NCBI GenBank assembly: GCA_964559135.1
Contig: CAZLGG010000001.1
Location: 72,163-136,162, forward strand
Direction of reading: 5' to 3'
DNA: 64,000 nucleotides
DNA from: an uncultured Planctomycetia bacterium
GTDB lineage: Bacteria > Planctomycetota > GCA-002687715 > DRQF01
The notes under the pieces are model-generated. The model was not told the origin of the DNA. It made no database searches and saw only the letters and a program-made list of their open reading frames with translations. How positions within the stretch are numbered: position 1 is the stretch's first letter; the number at the start of each line of letters is the position of its first letter. The position numbers and the translations under genes are program-made. Below, in pieces: positions 61,728 through 64,000 of the stretch.

Positions 61728-63088
61728 GCGGCACCAGCGCATTTCTGAACGTCTTCAAATTGCCTGAGCTCAGGAAGAAGATCTTCATCACGCTGGCGTT
61801 GCTCTTCGTCTACCGGATCGGGTTCCACATTCCTCTTCCGGGGACGAACGTTCTCGTCCTGCGAGGGGTGGAGGACCAGATCTCGGGCAACGCGGTGTTG
61901 GGCCTCATGAACGTTCTTTCGGGCGGGCGGCTCCAGTTCCCGGTGCTGTTCTCCTTGGGCATTCTCCCCTACATCAGCGCCTCGATTATCTTCAGCCTCC
62001 TTGTGAAGGTGATTCCCCAGTTGGAAGCCCTTTCGAAGGAGGGGCCGGCCGGTCAGCGGAAGATCAACCAGTTGACTCGATTGGCGACGGTCCCTCTCTG
62101 CGTCATTCAGGGACTGATCCTCGCCTTCACCCAGTTCAAGAGCTTGAAAGGCACCGTCTACGGCCAGAACGTCGAGGACTTCATGGTGCCGCTGCTCCAC
62201 AGCGACAGTTTCTTCGCCAGCATCGGGGCGGTCCTCATGATCGTCGCCGGGTTGACGGCGGGGACGCTTTTCATCATGTGGCTGGGTGAACAGATCACGG
62301 AATACGGCATCGGCAACGGCGCCTCCCTGATCATCATGGCGGGCATCATCGCGGCCTTGCCGGCGGCTGCCGGTCGCATCATCAGTGATGCCGTGGAGAA
62401 TCGCAGTCGGATTCTCATCATCGCCGTTCTGGTCCTGTCCTATGTGGGTGTCGTCCTGGCGGTGGTGATGATCACCAAGGGGCAAAGGCGAATACCGATT
62501 CAGCAGGCGAAGCTGATGAAGGGGCGCCGTATGTACGGCGGAGCGCGCCACTATCTCCCGCTGCGGGTGAACATGGCGAACGTGATGCCCGTGATCTTTG
62601 CGGCGAGTCTCTTGATGTTCCCGAACCTCATCAGCAACGCTCTTGGCAACACGGAGCCGCTTCTTTCCCCCGGTGGCTGGTGGTACGTCACCCTCGAGAT
62701 CGTCTTGATCTTCTTCTTCAGCTTCTTCTGGACATCCATGATGTTCCAACCCCAGGAGATGGCCAACAACCTGAAGGAGCACGGTTCATTCGTCCCGGGC
62801 ATTCGACCCGGTCGCAAGACCGCCGAGTACCTGGAGCGGATCATGGTGCGCATCACCCTGGCGGGAGCTGCGTTCCTGGCCGTGATCGCCATCATTCCCA
62901 CGATCGTCACGGGCTCTCTCAACGTCGACTGGATGACCGCGCGATTCCTCGGCGGTACCGGAATCCTCATCGTCGTGGGTGTGGCGTTGGATCTCGTGGA
63001 CAAGTTGAATGCGGAACTGATGACGCGCAACTACGACGGTTTCATGGGTTCGTCCGCATCGAAGAAAGGCGCCCGCGGCGGGCGCTGA
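61724..63088 (+). CDS. secY: Preprotein translocase subunit SecY
   Basis: ATGA overlap with rplO. 454 aa, 10 TM. …KIFITLALLFVYRIGFHIPLPG…. Confidence 0.95.
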   Translation: MSGTSAFLNVFKLPELRKKIFITLALLFVYRIGFHIPLPGTNVLVLRGVEDQISGNAVLGLMNVLSGGRLQFPVLFSLGILPYISASIIFSLLVKVIPQLEALSKEGPAGQRKINQLTRLATVPLCVIQGLILAFTQFKSLKGTVYGQNVEDFMVPLLHSDSFFASIGAVLMIVAGLTAGTLFIMWLGEQITEYGIGNGASLIIMAGIIAALPAAAGRIISDAVENRSRILIIAVLVLSYVGVVLAVVMITKGQRRIPIQQAKLMKGRRMYGGARHYLPLRVNMANVMPVIFAASLLMFPNLISNALGNTEPLLSPGGWWYVTLEIVLIFFFSFFWTSMMFQPQEMANNLKEHGSFVPGIRPGRKTAEYLERIMVRITLAGAAFLAVIAIIPTIVTGSLNVDWMTARFLGGTGILIVVGVALDLVDKLNAELMTRNYDGFMGSSASKKGARGGR

Positions 63089-63093
63089 AGGAC

Positions 63094-63756
63094 GTGAGCG
63101 AAGACATCAAAAAGCTCGTTTTCCTTGGCCCTCCGGGAGCCGGCAAGGGCACCCAGGCCGTACGCTTGGAAGCCGAACACGCCTGGACGCACATCTCCAC
63201 CGGAGACATGCTGCGGGCGGCCGTTCGTGCCGGCACGGAAGTCGGTCTGAAGGCCAAAGGGTTCATGGACGCGGGAGAGTTGATTCCCGACGACATCATG
63301 TGCCAGATGGTCCTCGAGCGATTGAATCAGCCGGACTGCGCCAAGGGGTGGATCCTCGACGGATTTCCGCGGACTGCGGTTCAGGCCGAGGTCTTGGACG
63401 AGTCTTTGGAGGACCATCATTGGACCTTGGACGCGTGTGTCTACTTCCACATCCAGTGGCGGGTCCTCGTCGAACGCCTCTCCGGCCGATTGAGCTGCAA
63501 GCAGTGTGGGGCCGTCTATCACCAAATCTACTCGCCGCCGAAGCAGGACAACCTCTGTGACCTGTGTGGCGGAGAACTTTTTCAAAGGGAGGATGACCGG
63601 CGGGAGGCGGTGGAACACCGGCTCCAGGTCTACAAGAAATCCACGAAGTCGTTGGTGGAGTATTACCAACAAAAAGGGAAGCTCGTGACCGTCGAGGCGG
63701 AAGGCTCGATGGATGAGGTTTCCGAGCGGCTTGAGGCCGCTCTAGCGGCTTTGTAG
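63094..63756 (+). CDS. adk: Adenylate kinase (long form with Cys4 zinc lid)
   Basis: P-loop VFLGPPGAGKGTQA. Lid CKQCGAVYH…CDLCGG. Probable GTG start at 63094. The ORF-track frame is open far upstream. Confidence 0.88.
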   Translation: MSEDIKKLVFLGPPGAGKGTQAVRLEAEHAWTHISTGDMLRAAVRAGTEVGLKAKGFMDAGELIPDDIMCQMVLERLNQPDCAKGWILDGFPRTAVQAEVLDESLEDHHWTLDACVYFHIQWRVLVERLSGRLSCKQCGAVYHQIYSPPKQDNLCDLCGGELFQREDDRREAVEHRLQVYKKSTKSLVEYYQQKGKLVTVEAEGSMDEVSERLEAALAAL

Positions 63757-63788
63757 AATCGCGGGCTTCCAACAGTCGGCACGATGTC

Positions 63789-64000
63789 ATGATCTTCTAT
63801 AAGTCCCGGCGTGAAATAGACTTGATGCAACACGCCGGTCAGGTCCTGGCTCAGTTGTTTGACCGTGTGGAAGAAAAAATCGTTCCCGGCGTGACCACGG
63901 GGCAACTGGATGAATGCATTCACCGATGGATGCTGGAAGAAGGTTGCATCCCAAGTTTTCTGGGATATAGAGGGTTTCCCGCCGTGAGTTGCATCTCCGT
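63789..64000 (+). CDS. map: Methionine aminopeptidase type I, 3'-truncated by the window end
   Basis: MIFYKSRREIDLMQHAGQVLAQLFDRVEEKIVPGVTTGQLDECIHRWMLEEGCIPSFLGYRGFPAVSCIS. Canonical position after adk. Confidence 0.8.
   Translation, partial: MIFYKSRREIDLMQHAGQVLAQLFDRVEEKIVPGVTTGQLDECIHRWMLEEGCIPSFLGYRGFPAVSCIS

Overview
High-GC bacterial chromosomal segment. Opposite-strand frames are largely open, so many listed ORFs are spurious overlaps of real genes. The real gene content, in order:

- **3–12732 (+):** a tightly translationally coupled operon of eight genes. It encodes a membrane protein, an ABC-2 exporter (ATPase with a C-terminal extension, plus a large permease), a coiled-coil membrane protein, two BatA-type TM+VWA proteins, a MoxR AAA+ ATPase and a DUF58 protein.
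- **12832–19859 (-):** a secreted amidohydrolase/S9-peptidase fusion, an HExxH lipoprotein, etfB–etfA, and a receiver/HD-GYP response regulator.
- **20250–27348 (-):** a coupled housekeeping operon, rph–rdgB–lepA–lepB–lepB–lptB-like, with two tandem and unusually long signal peptidase I paralogs.
- **27739–37860:**
  - a secreted HEAT-repeat protein
  - a Ser/Thr kinase fused to an FGE-sulfatase domain
  - nadC and comEA
  - an FG-GAP protein and an HU/IHF protein
  - mutS2, which ends without an Smr domain
- **38120–64000 (+):**
  - tRNA-Thr/Tyr/Thr, then tuf–secE–nusG–rplKAJL–rpoBC–rpsLG
  - rpsJ follows directly, with no fusA/tuf between rpsG and rpsJ
  - the S10/spc genes through rplO (no rpmD; Zn-type S14)
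  - secY, adk and a truncated map

Several perfect GC-rich hairpins sit in intergenic regions, three of them just upstream of start codons. No CRISPR array, transposase, integrase or prophage signature was seen. The most system-like accessory feature is the ABC-2 plus MoxR/DUF58/VWA operon.

Phylum cannot be assigned from sequence alone. The STK–FGE fusion, HEAT and FG-GAP proteins and duplicated lepB would be compatible with a PVC/Planctomycetota-like or similar high-GC lineage.
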